64,000 nucleotides of DNA. Origin: Eledone cirrhosa. Taxonomy: Eukaryota. The DNA lies in the NCBI GenBank assembly GCA_964016885.1, contig OZ024740.1, positions 441,440,001-441,504,000 on the forward strand. Direction: 5' to 3'. This document shows positions 43,101 through 58,100 of this stretch, piece after piece. Made by a program: the position numbers and the translations under genes. Below the pieces are notes generated by a model, which saw only the letters and a list, made by a program, of their open reading frames with translations, was not told the origin of the DNA and did no database searches. Positions within the stretch are counted from its first letter, which is position 1, and each line of letters opens with the position of its first letter.

Positions 43101-46100
43101 TCTATAAATAAATTGACTAACAACACACCCAATGTCGCATAACACCAGTCTATAAATAAATTGACTAACAACACATCCAGTGTCACATAACTCCAGTCTA
43201 TAAATAAATTGACTAACAACACATCCAGTGTCACATAACTCCAGTCTATAAATAATTGACTAACAACACACCCAATGTCACATAACTCCAGTCCATTAAT
43301 AAATTGACTAACAACACATCCAGTGTCACATAACTCCAGTCTATAAATAAATTGACTAACAACACACCCAATGTCACATAACTCCAGTCTATTAATAAAT
43401 TGACTAACAACACACCCAATGTCGCATAACTCCAGTCTATAAATAAATTGACTAACAACACACCCAATGTCGCATAACTCCAGTCTATAAATAAATTTAC
43501 TAACAACACACCCAATGTCGCATAACTCCAGTCTATTAATAAATTGAGTAACAACACACCCAATGTCGCATAACTCCAGTCTATTAATAAATTGACTAAC
43601 AACACATCCAGTGTCGCATAACTCCAGTCTATAAATAAATTGACTAACAACACACCCAATGTCGCATAACTCCAGTCTATAAATAAATTGACTAACAACA
43701 CACCCAATGTCGCATAACTCCAGTCTATTAATAAATTGACTAACAACACACCAAATGTCGCATAACTCCAGTCTATAAATAAATTGACTAACAACACACA
43801 CAATGTCGCATAACTCCAGTCTATTAATAAATTGACTAACAACACACCCAATGTCGCATAACTCCAGTCTATTAATAAATTGACTAACAACACATCCAGT
43901 GTCACATAACTCCAGTCTATTAATAAATTGACTAACAACACACCCAATGTCGCATAACTCCAGTCTATTAATAAATTGACTAACAATACATCCAGTGTCA
44001 CATAACTCCAGTCTATAAATAAATTGACTAACAACACACCCAATGTCGCATAACTCCAGTCTATAAATAAATTGACTAACAACACACCCAATGTCGCATA
44101 ACTCCAGTCTATAAATAAATTGACTAACAACACACCCAATGTCGCATAACACCAGTCTATAAATAAATTGACTAACAACACATCCAGTGTCACATAACTC
44201 CAGTCTATAAATAAATTGACTAACAACACATCCAGTGTCACATAACTCCAGTCTATAAATAATTGACTAACAACACACCCAATGTCACATAACTCCAGTC
44301 CATTAATAAATTGACTAACAACACATCCAGTGTCACATAACTCCAGTCTATAAATAAATTGACTAACAACACACCCAATGTCGCATAACTCCAGTCTATA
44401 AATAAATTGACTAACAACACATCCAGTGTCACATAACTCCAGTCTATTAATAAATTGACTAACAACACATCCAGTGTCACATAACTCCAGTCTATAAATA
44501 AATTGACTAACAACACTCCCAATGTCGCATAACTCCAGTCTATAAATAAATTGACTAACAACACACCCAATGTCGCATAACTCCAGTCTAATAATAAATT
44601 GACTAACAACACACCCAATGTCGCATAACTCCAGTCTATAAATAAATTGACTAACAACACACCCAATGTCGCATAACTCCAGTCTATAAATAAATTGACT
44701 AACAACACACCCAATGTCGCATAACTCCAGTCTAATAATAAATTGACTAACAACACCCCCAATGTCGCATAACTCCAGTCTAATAATAAATTGACTAACA
44801 ACACACCCAATGTCGCATAACTCCAGTCTATAAATAAATTGACTAACAACACACCCAATGTCGCATAACTCCAGTCTAATAATAAATTGACTAACAACAC
44901 ACCCAATGTCGCATAACTCCAGTCTATAAATAAATTGACTAACAACACACCCAATGTCGCATAACTCCAGTCTATAAATAAATTGACTAACAACACACCC
45001 AATGTCGCATAACTCCAGTCTAATAATAAATTGACTAACAACACACCCAATGTCGCATAACTCCAGTCTATAAATAAATTGACTAACAACACACCCAATG
45101 TCGCATAACTCCAGTCTATAAATAAATTGACTAACAACACACCCAATGTCGCATAACTCCAGTCTATTAATAAATTGACTAACAACACACCCAATGTCAC
45201 ATAACTCCAGTCTATTAATAAATTGACTAACAACACACCCAATGTCGCATAACTCCAGTCTATAAATAAATTGACTAACAACACACCCAATGTCGCATAA
45301 CTCCAGTCTATAAATAAATTGACTAACAACACATCCAGTGTCACATAACTCCAGTCTATAAATAAATTGACTAACAAAACACCCAATGTCGCATAACTCC
45401 AGTCTATTAATAAATTGACTAACAACACATCCAGTGTCACATAACTCCAGTCTATAAATAAATTGACTAACAAAACACCCAATGTCGCATAACTCCAGTC
45501 TATTAATAAATTGACTAACAACACACCCAGTGTGACATAACTACAGTCTATTAATAAATTGACTAACAACACATCCAGTGTCACATAACTCCAGTCTATA
45601 AATAAATTGACTAACAACACACCCAATGTCGCATAACTCCAGTCTATAAATAAATTGACTAACAACACACCCAATGTCACATAACTCCAGTCTATTAATA
45701 AATTGACTAACAACACACCCAATGTCGCATAACTCCAGTCTATAAATAAATTGACTAACAACACATCCAGTGTCACATAACTCCAGTCTATAAATAAATT
45801 GACTAACAACACACCCAATGTCACAAAACTCCAGTCTATTAATAAATTGACTAACAACACATCCAGTGTCACATAACTCCAGTCTATAAATAAATTGACT
45901 AACAACACTCCCAATGTCGCATAACTCCAGTCTATAAATAAATTGACTAACAACACACCCAATGTCGTATAACTCCAGTCTAGTAATAAATTGACTAACA
46001 ACACACCCAATGTCACATAACTCCAGTCTATTAATAAATTGACTAACAACACACCCAATGTCGCATAACTCCAGTCTATAAATAAATTGACTAACAACAC

Positions 46101-49100
46101 ACCCAATGTCGCATAACACCAGTCTATAAATAAATTGACTAACAACACACCCAATGTCGCATAACTCCAGTCTATAAATAAATTGACTAACAACACACCC
46201 AGTGTGACATAACTACAGTCTATTAATAAAATGACTAACAACACATCCAGTGTCACATAACTCCAGTCTATAAATAAATTGACTAACAACACACCCAATG
46301 TCGCATAACTCCAGTCTATAAATAAATTGACTAACAACACACCCAATGTCGCATAACTCCAGTCTATAAATAAATTGACTAACAACACACCCAATGTCGC
46401 ATAACACCAGTCTATAAATAAATTGACTAACAACACACCCAATGTCGCATAACTCCAGTCTATAAATAAATTGACTAACAACACACCCAATGTCGCATAA
46501 CTCCAGTCTATAAATAAATTGACTAACAACACACCCAATGTCGCATAACTCCAGTCTATAAATAAATTGACTAACAACACACCCAATGTCGCATAACACC
46601 AGTCTATAAATGAATTGACTAACAACACATCCAGTGTCACATAACTCCAGTCTATAAATAAATTGACTAACAACACACCCAATGTCGCATAACTCCAGTC
46701 TATAAATAAATTGACTAACAACACATACAGTGTCACATAACTCCAGTCTATAAATAAATTGACTAACAACACACCCAATGTCGCAAAACACCAGTCTATA
46801 AATAAATTGACTAACAACACATCCAGTGTCACATAACTCCAGTCTATAAATAAATTGACTAACAACACACCCAATGTCGCATAACTCCAGTCTATAAATA
46901 AATTGACTAACAACACACCCAATGTCGCATAACTCCAGTCTATAAATAAATTGACTAACAACACATCCAGTGTCACATAACTCCAGTCTATAAATAAATT
47001 GACTAACAACACACCCAATGTCGCATAACTCCAGTCTATAAATAAATTGACTAACAACACACCCAATGTCGCATAACACCAGTCTATAAATAAATTGACT
47101 AACAACACATCCAGTGTCACATAACTCCAGTCTATAAATAAATTGACTAACAACACACCCAATGTCGCATAACTCCAGTCTATAAATAAATTGACTAACA
47201 ACACACCCAATGTCGCATAACACCAGTCTATAAATAAATTGTCTAACAACACATCCAGTGTCACATAACTCCAGTCTATAAATAAATTGACTAACAACAC
47301 ACCCAATGTCGCATAACTCCAGTCTATAAATAAATTGACTAACAACACATCCAGTGTCACATAACTCCAGTCTATAAATAAATTGACTAACAACACACCC
47401 AATGTCGCATAACACCAGTCTATAAATAAATTGACTAACAACACACCCAATGTCGCATAACACCAGTCTATAAATAAATTGACTAACAACACATCCAGTG
47501 TCACATAACTCCAGTCTATAAATAAATTGACTAACAACACACCCAATGTCGCATAACTCCAGTCTATAAATAAATTGACTAACAACACATCCAGTGTCAC
47601 ATAACTCCAGTCTATAAATAAATTGACTAACAACACACCCAATGTCGCATAACACCAGTCTATAAATAAATTGACTAACAACACATCCAGTGTCACATAA
47701 CTCCAGTCTATAAATAAATTGACTAACAACACACCCAATGTCGCATAACTCCAGTCTATAAATAAATTGACTAACAACACACCCAATGTCACATAACTCC
47801 AGTCTATTAATAAATTGACTAACAACACACCCAATGTCGCATAACTCCAGTCTATAAATAAATTGACTAACAACACACCCAATGTCGCATAACTCCAGTC
47901 TATAAATAAATTTACTAACAACACACCCAATGTCGCATAACTCCAGTCTATTAATAAATTGAGTAACAACACACCCAATGTCGCATAACTCCAGTCTATT
48001 AATAAATTGACTAACAACACATCCAGTGTCGCATAACTCCAGTCTATAAATAAATTGACTAACAACACACCCAATGTCGCATAACTCCAGTCTATAAATA
48101 AATTGACTAACAACACACCCAATGTCGCATAACTCCAGTCTATTAATAAATTGACTAACAACACACCAAATGTCGCATAACTCCAGTCTATAAATAAATT
48201 GACTAACAACACACACAATGTCGCATAACTCCAGTCTATTAATAAATTGACTAACAACACACCCAATGTCGCATAACTCCAGTCTATTAATAAATTGACT
48301 AACAACACATCCAGTGTCACATAACTCCAGTCTATTAATAAATTGACTAACAACACACCCAATGTCGCATAACTCCAGTCTATTAATAAATTGACTAACA
48401 ATACATCCAGTGTCACATAACTCCAGTCTATAAATAAATTGACTAACAACACACCCAATGTCGCATAACTCCAGTCTATAAATAAATTGACTAACAACAC
48501 ACCCAATGTCGCATAACTCCAGTCTATAAATAAATTGACTAACAACACACCCAATGTCGCATAACACCAGTCTATAAATAAATTGACTAACAACACATCC
48601 AGTGTCACATAACTCCAGTCTATAAATAAATTGACTAACAACACATCCAGTGTCACATAACTCCAGTCTATAAATAATTGACTAACAACACACCCAATGT
48701 CACATAACTCCAGTCCATTAATAAATTGACTAACAACACATCCAGTGTCACATAACTCCAGTCTATAAATAAATTGACTAACAACACACCCAATGTCACA
48801 TAACTCCAGTCTATTAATAAATTGACTAACAACACACCCAATGTCGCATAACTCCAGTCTATAAATAAATTGACTAACAACACACCCAATGTCGCATAAC
48901 TCCAGTCTATAAATAAATTTACTAACAACACACCCAATGTCGCATAACTCCAGTCTATTAATAAATTGAGTAACAACACACCCAATGTCGCATAACTCCA
49001 GTCTATTAATAAATTGACTAACAACACATCCAGTGTCGCATAACTCCAGTCTATAAATAAATTGACTAACAACACACCCAATGTCGCATAACTCCAGTCT

Positions 49101-52100
49101 ATAAATAAATTGACTAACAACACACCCAATGTCGCATAACTCCAGTCTATTAATAAATTGACTAACAACACACCAAATGTCGCATAACTCCAGTCTATAA
49201 ATAAATTGACTAACAACACACACAATGTCGCATAACTCCAGTCTATTAATAAATTGACTAACAACACACCCAATGTCGCATAACTCCAGTCTATTAATAA
49301 ATTGACTAACAACACATCCAGTGTCACATAACTCCAGTCTATTAATAAATTGACTAACAACACACCCAATGTCGCATAACTCCAGTCTATTAATAAATTG
49401 ACTAACAATACATCCAGTGTCACATAACTCCAGTCTATAAATAAATTGACTAACAACACACCCAATGTCGCATAACTCCAGTCTATAAATAAATTGACTA
49501 ACAACACACCCAATGTCGCATAACTCCAGTCTATAAATAAATTGACTAACAACACACCCAATGTCGCATAACACCAGTCTATAAATAAATTGACTAACAA
49601 CACATCCAGTGTCACATAACTCCAGTCTATAAATAAATTGACTAACAACACATCCAGTGTCACATAACTCCAGTCTATAAATAATTGACTAACAACACAC
49701 CCAATGTCACATAACTCCAGTCCATTAATAAATTGACTAACAACACATCCAGTGTCACATAACTCCAGTCTATAAATAAATTGACTAACAACACACCCAA
49801 TGTCGCATAACTCCAGTCTATAAATAAATTGACTAACAACACATCCAGTGTCACATAACTCCAGTCTATTAATAAATTGACTAACAACACATCCAGTGTC
49901 ACATAACTCCAGTCTATAAATAAATTGACTAACAACACTCCCAATGTCGCATAACTCCAGTCTATAAATAAATTGACTAACAACACACCCAATGTCGCAT
50001 AACTCCAGTCTAATAATAAATTGACTAACAACACACCCAATGTCGCATAACTCCAGTCTATAAATAAATTGACTAACAACACACCCAATGTCGCATAACT
50101 CCAGTCTATAAATAAATTGACTAACAACACACCCAATGTCGCATAACTCCAGTCTAATAATAAATTGACTAACAACACCCCCAATGTCGCATAACTCCAG
50201 TCTAATAATAAATTGACTAACAACACACCCAATGTCGCATAACTCCAGTCTATAAATAAATTGACTAACAACACACCCAATGTCGCATAACTCCAGTCTA
50301 ATAATAAATTGACTAACAACACACCCAATGTCGCATAACTCCAGTCTATAAATAAATTGACTAACAACACACCCAATGTCGCATAACTCCAGTCTATAAA
50401 TAAATTGACTAACAACACACCCAATGTCGCATAACTCCAGTCTAATAATAAATTGACTAACAACACACCCAATGTCGCATAACTCCAGTCTATAAATAAA
50501 TTGACTAACAACACACCCAATGTCGCATAACTCCAGTCTATAAATAAATTGACTAACAACACACCCAATGTCGCATAACTCCAGTCTATTAATAAATTGA
50601 CTAACAACACACCCAATGTCACATAACTCCAGTCTATTAATAAATTGACTAACAACACACCCAATGTCGCATAACTCCAGTCTATAAATAAATTGACTAA
50701 CAACACACCCAATGTCGCATAACTCCAGTCTATAAATAAATTGACTAACAACACATCCAGTGTCACATAACTCCAGTCTATAAATAAATTGACTAACAAA
50801 ACACCCAATGTCGCATAACTCCAGTCTATTAATAAATTGACTAACAACACATCCAGTGTCACATAACTCCAGTCTATAAATAAATTGACTAACAAAACAC
50901 CCAATGTCGCATAACTCCAGTCTATTAATAAATTGACTAACAACACACCCAGTGTGACATAACTACAGTCTATTAATAAATTGACTAACAACACATCCAG
51001 TGTCACATAACTCCAGTCTATAAATAAATTGACTAACAACACACCCAATGTCGCATAACTCCAGTCTATAAATAAATTGACTAACAACACACCCAATGTC
51101 ACATAACTCCAGTCTATTAATAAATTGACTAACAACACACCCAATGTCGCATAACTCCAGTCTATAAATAAATTGACTAACAACACATCCAGTGTCACAT
51201 AACTCCAGTCTATAAATAAATTGACTAACAACACACCCAATGTCACAAAACTCCAGTCTATTAATAAATTGACTAACAACACATCCAGTGTCACATAACT
51301 CCAGTCTATAAATAAATTGACTAACAACACTCCCAATGTCGCATAACTCCAGTCTATAAATAAATTGACTAACAACACACCCAATGTCGTATAACTCCAG
51401 TCTAGTAATAAATTGACTAACAACACACCCAATGTCACATAACTCCAGTCTATTAATAAATTGACTAACAACACACCCAATGTCGCATAACTCCAGTCTA
51501 TAAATAAATTGACTAACAACACACCCAATGTCGCATAACTCCAGTCTATAAATAAATTTACTAACAACACACCCAATGTCGCATAACTCCAGTCTATTAA
51601 TAAATTGAGTAACAACACACCCAATGTCGCATAACTCCAGTCTATTAATAAATTGACTAACAACACATCCAGTGTCGCATAACTCCAGTCTATAAATAAA
51701 TTGACTAACAACACACCCAATGTCGCATAACTCCAGTCTATAAATAAATTGACTAACAACACACCCAATGTCGCATAACTCCAGTCTATTAATAAATTGA
51801 CTAACAACACACCAAATGTCGCATAACTCCAGTCTATAAATAAATTGACTAACAACACACACAATGTCGCATAACTCCAGTCTATTAATAAATTGACTAA
51901 CAACACACCCAATGTCGCATAACTCCAGTCTATTAATAAATTGACTAACAACACATCCAGTGTCACATAACTCCAGTCTATTAATAAATTGACTAACAAC
52001 ACACCCAATGTCGCATAACTCCAGTCTATTAATAAATTGACTAACAATACATCCAGTGTCACATAACTCCAGTCTATAAATAAATTGACTAACAACACAC

Positions 52101-55100
52101 CCAATGTCGCATAACTCCAGTCTATAAATAAATTGACTAACAACACACCCAATGTCGCATAACTCCAGTCTATAAATAAATTGACTAACAACACACCCAA
52201 TGTCGCATAACACCAGTCTATAAATAAATTGACTAACAACACATCCAGTGTCACATAACTCCAGTCTATAAATAAATTGACTAACAACACATCCAGTGTC
52301 ACATAACTCCAGTCTATAAATAATTGACTAACAACACACCCAATGTCACATAACTCCAGTCCATTAATAAATTGACTAACAACACATCCAGTGTCACATA
52401 ACTCCAGTCTATAAATAAATTGACTAACAACACACCCAATGTCGCATAACTCCAGTCTATAAATAAATTGACTAACAACACAGCCAGTGTCACATAACTC
52501 CAGTCTATTAATAAATTGACTAACAACACATCCAGTGTCACATAACTCCAGTCTATAAATAAATTGACTAACAACACTCCCAATGTCGCATAACTCCAGT
52601 CTATAAATAAATTGACTAACAACACACCCAATGTCGCATAACTCCAGTCTAATAATAAATTGACTAACAACACACCCAATGTCGCATAACTCCAGTCTAT
52701 AAATAAATTGACTAACAACACACCCAATGTCGCATAACTCCAGTCTATAAATAAATTGACTAACAACACACCCAATGTCGCATAACTCCAGTCTAATAAT
52801 AAATTGACTAACAACACACCCAATGTCGCATAACTCCAGTCTAATAATAAATTGACTAACAACACACCCAATGTCGCATAACTCCAGTCTATAAATAAAT
52901 TGACTAACAACACACCCAATGTCGCATAACTCCAGTCTAATAATAAATTGACTAACAACACACCCAATGTCGCATAACTCCAGTCTATAAATAAATTGAC
53001 TAACAACACACCCAATGTCGCATAACTCCAGTCTATAAATAAATTGACTAACAACACACCCAATGTCGCATAACTCCAGTCTAATAATAAATTGACTAAC
53101 AACACACCCAATGTCGCATAACTCCAGTCTATAAATAAATTGACTAACAACACACCCAATGTCGCATAACTCCAGTCTATAAATAAATTGACTAACAACA
53201 CACCCAATGTCGCATAACTCCAGTCTATTAATAAATTGACTAACAACACACCCAATGTCACATAACTCCAGTCTATTAATAAATTGACTAACAACACACC
53301 CAATGTCGCATAACTCCAGTCTATAAATAAATTGACTAACAACACACCCAATGTCGCATAACTCCAGTCTATAAATAAATTGACTAACAACACATCCAGT
53401 GTCACATAACTCCAGTCTATAAATAAATTGACTAACAAAACACCCAATGTCGCATAACTCCAGTCTATTAATAAATTGACTAACAACACATCCAGTGTCA
53501 CATAACTCCAGTCTATAAATAAATTGACTAACAAAACACCCAATGTCGCATAACTCCAGTCTATTAATAAATTGACTAACAACACACCCAATGTCGCATA
53601 ACTCCAGTCTATAAATAAATTGACTAACAACACACCCAATGTCGCATAACTCCAGTCTATAAATAAATTGACTAACAACACACCCAATGTCGCATAACAC
53701 CAGTCTATAAATAAATTGACTAACAACACACCCAATGTCGCATAACTCCAGTCTATTAATAAATTGACTAACAACACACCCAGTGTGACATAACTACAGT
53801 CTATTAATAAATTGACTAACAACACATCCAGTGTCACATAACTCCAGTCTATAAATAAATTGACTAACAACACACCCAATGTCGCATAACTCCAGTCTAT
53901 AAATAAATTGACTAACAACACACCCAATGTCGCATAACTCCAGTCTATAAATATATTGACTAACAACACACCCAATGTCGCATAACACCAGTCTATAAAT
54001 AAATTGACTAACAACACACCCAATGTCGCATAACACCAGTCTATAAATAAATTGACTAACAACACATCCAGTGTCACATAACTCCAGTCTATAAATAAAT
54101 TGACTAACAACACACCCAATGTCGCATAACTCCAGTCTATAAATAAATTGACTAACAACACATCCAGTGTCACATAACTCCAGTCTATAAATAAATTGAC
54201 TAACAACACTTCCAGTGTCACATAACTCCAGTCTATAAATAAATTGACTAACAACACATCCAGTGTCACATAACTCCAGTCTATTAATAAATTGACTAAC
54301 AACACACCCAATGTCGCATAACTCCAGTCTATAAATAAATTGACTAACAACACACCCAATGTCACATAACTCCAGTCTATAAATAAATTGACTAACAACA
54401 CACCCAATGTCGCATAACTCCAGTCTATTAATAAATTGACTAACAACACACCCAGTGTCACATAACTACAGTCTATTAATAAATTGACTAACAACACATC
54501 CAGTGTCACATAACTCCAGTCTATTAATAAATTGACTAACAACACGCCCAATGTCGCATAACTCCAGTCTATTAATAAATTGACTAACAACACACCCAAT
54601 GTCGCATAACTCCAGTCTATAAATAAATTGACTAACAACACACCCAATGTCGCATAACTCCAGTCTATAAATAAATTGACTAACAACACACCCAATGTCG
54701 CATAACACCAGTCTATAAATAAATTGACTAACAACACACCCAATGTCGCATAACTCCAGTCTATAAATAAATTGACTAACAACACACCCAGTGTGACATA
54801 ACTACAGTCTATTAATAAAATGACTAACAACACATCCAGTGTCACATAACTCCAGTCTATAAATAAATTGACTAACAACACACCCAATGTCGCATAACTC
54901 CAGTCTATAAATAAATTGACTAACAACACACCCAATGTCGCATAACTCCAGTCTATAAATAAATTGACTAACAACACACCCAATGTCGCATAACACCAGT
55001 CTATAAATAAATTGACTAACAACACACCCAATGTCGCATAACTCCAGTCTATAAATAAATTGACTAACAACACACCCAATTTCGCATAACTCCAGTCTAT

Positions 55101-58100
55101 AAATAAATTGACTAACAACACACCCAATGTCGCATAACTCCAGTCTATAAATAAATTGACTAACAACACACCCAATGTCGCATAACACCAGTCTATAAAT
55201 GAATTGACTAACAACACATCCAGTGTCACATAACTCCAGTCTATAAATAAATTGACTAACAACACACCCAATGTCGCATAACTCCAGTCTATAAATAAAT
55301 TGACTAACAACACATACAGTGTCACATAACTCCAGTCTATAAATAAATTGACTAACAACACACCCAATGTCGCAAAACACCAGTCTATAAATAAATTGAC
55401 TAACAACACATCCAGTGTCACATAACTCCAGTCTATAAATAAATTGACTAACAACACACCCAATGTCGCATAACTCCAGTCTATAAATAAATTGACTAAC
55501 AACACACCCAATGTCGCATAACTCCAGTCTATAAATAAATTGACTAACAACACATCCAGTGTCACATAACTCCAGTCTATAAATAAATTGACTAACAACA
55601 CACCCAATGTCGCATAACTCCAGTCTATAAATAAATTGACTAACAACACACCCAATGTCGCATAACACCAGTCTATAAATAAATTGACTAACAACACATC
55701 CAGTGTCACATAACTCCAGTCTATAAATAAATTGACTAACAACACACCCAATGTCGCATAACTCCAGTCTATAAATAAATTGACTAACAACACACCCAAT
55801 GTCGCATAACACCAGTCTATAAATAAATTGTCTAACAACACATCCAGTGTCACATAACTCCAGTCTATAAATAAATTGACTAACAACACACCCAATGTCG
55901 CATAACTCCAGTCTATAAATAAATTGACTAACAACACATCCAGTGTCACATAACTCCAGTCTATAAATAAATTGACTAACAACACACCCAATGTCGCATA
56001 ACACCAGTCTATAAATAAATTGACTAACAACACACCCAATGTCGCATAACACCAGTCTATAAATAAATTGACTAACAACACATCCAGTGTCACATAACTC
56101 CAGTCTATAAATAAATTGACTAACAACACACCCAATGTCGCATAACTCCAGTCTATAAATAAATTGACTAACAACACATCCAGTGTCACATAACTCCAGT
56201 CTATAAATAAATTGACTAACAACACACCCAATGTCGCATAACACCAGTCTATAAATAAATTGACTAACAACACATCCAGTGTCACATAACTCCAGTCTAT
56301 AAATAAATTGACTAACAACACACCCAATGTCGCATAACTCCAGTCTATAAATAAATTGACTAACAACACACCCAATGTCACATAACTCCAGTCTATTAAT
56401 AAATTGACTAACAACACACCCAATGTCGCATAACTCCAGTCTATAAATAAATTGACTAACAACACATCCAGTGTCACATAACTCCAGTCTATAAATAAAT
56501 TGACTAACAACACACCCAATGTCACAAAACTCCAGTCTATTAATAAATTGACTAACAACACATCCAGTGTCACATAACTCCAGTCTATAAATAAATTGAC
56601 TAACAACACTCCCAATGTCGCATAACTCCAGTCTATAAATAAATTGACTAACAACACACCCAATGTCGTATAACTCCAGTCTAGTAATAAATTGACTAAC
56701 AACACACCCAATGTCACATAACTCCAGTCTATTAATAAATTGACTAACAACACACCCAATGTCGCATAACTCCAGTCTATAAATAAATTGAGTAACAACA
56801 CACCCAATGTCGCATAACTCCAGTCTATTAATAAATTGACTAACAACACATCCAGTGTCGCATAACTCCAGTCTATAAATAAATTGACTAACAACACACC
56901 CAATGTCGCATAACTCCAGTCTATAAATAAATTGACTAACAACACACCAAATGTCGCATAACTCCAGTCTATTAATAAATTGACTAACAACACACCAAAT
57001 GTCGCATAACTCCAGTCTATAAATAAATTGACTAACAACACACACAATGTCGCATAACTCCAGTCTATTAATAAATTGACTAACAACACACCCAATGTCG
57101 CATAACTCCAGTCTATTAATAAATTGACTAACAACACATCCAGTGTCACATAACTCCAGTCTATTAATAAATTGACTAACAACACACCCAATGTCGCATA
57201 ACTCCAGTCTATTAATAAATTGACTAACAATACATCCAGTGTTACATAACTCCAGTCTATAAATAAATTGACTAACAACACACCCAATGTCGCATAACTC
57301 CAGTCTATAAATAAATTGACTAACAACACACCCAATGTCGCATAACTCCAGTCTATAAATAAATTGACTAACAACACACCCAATGTCGCATAACACCAGT
57401 CTATAAATAAATTGACTAACAACACATCCAGTGTCACATAACTCCAGTCTATAAATAAATTGACTAACAACACATCCAGTGTCACATAACTCCAGTCTAT
57501 AAATAATTGACTAACAACACACCCAATGTCACATAACTCCAGTCCATTAATAAATTGACTAACAACACATCCAGTGTCACATAACTCCAGTCTATAAATA
57601 AATTGACTAACAACACACCCAATGTCGCATAACTCCAGTCTATAAATAAATTGACTAACAACACATCCAGTGTCACATAACTCCAGTCTATTAATAAATT
57701 GACTAACAACACATCCAGTGTCACATAACTCCAGTCTATAAATAAATTGACTAACAACACTCCCAATGTCGCATAACTCCAGTCTATAAATAAATTGACT
57801 AACAACACACCCAATGTCGCATAACTCCAGTCTAATAATAAATTGACTAACAACACACCCAATGTCGCATAACTCCAGTCTATAAATAAATTGACTAACA
57901 ACACACCCAATGTCGCATAACTCCAGTCTATAAATAAATTGACTAACAACACACCCAATGTCGCATAACTCCAGTCTAATAATAAATTGACTAACAACAC
58001 ACCCAATGTCGCATAACTCCAGTCTAATAATAAATTGACTAACAACACACCCAATGTCGCATAACTCCAGTCTATAAATAAATTGACTAACAACACACCC

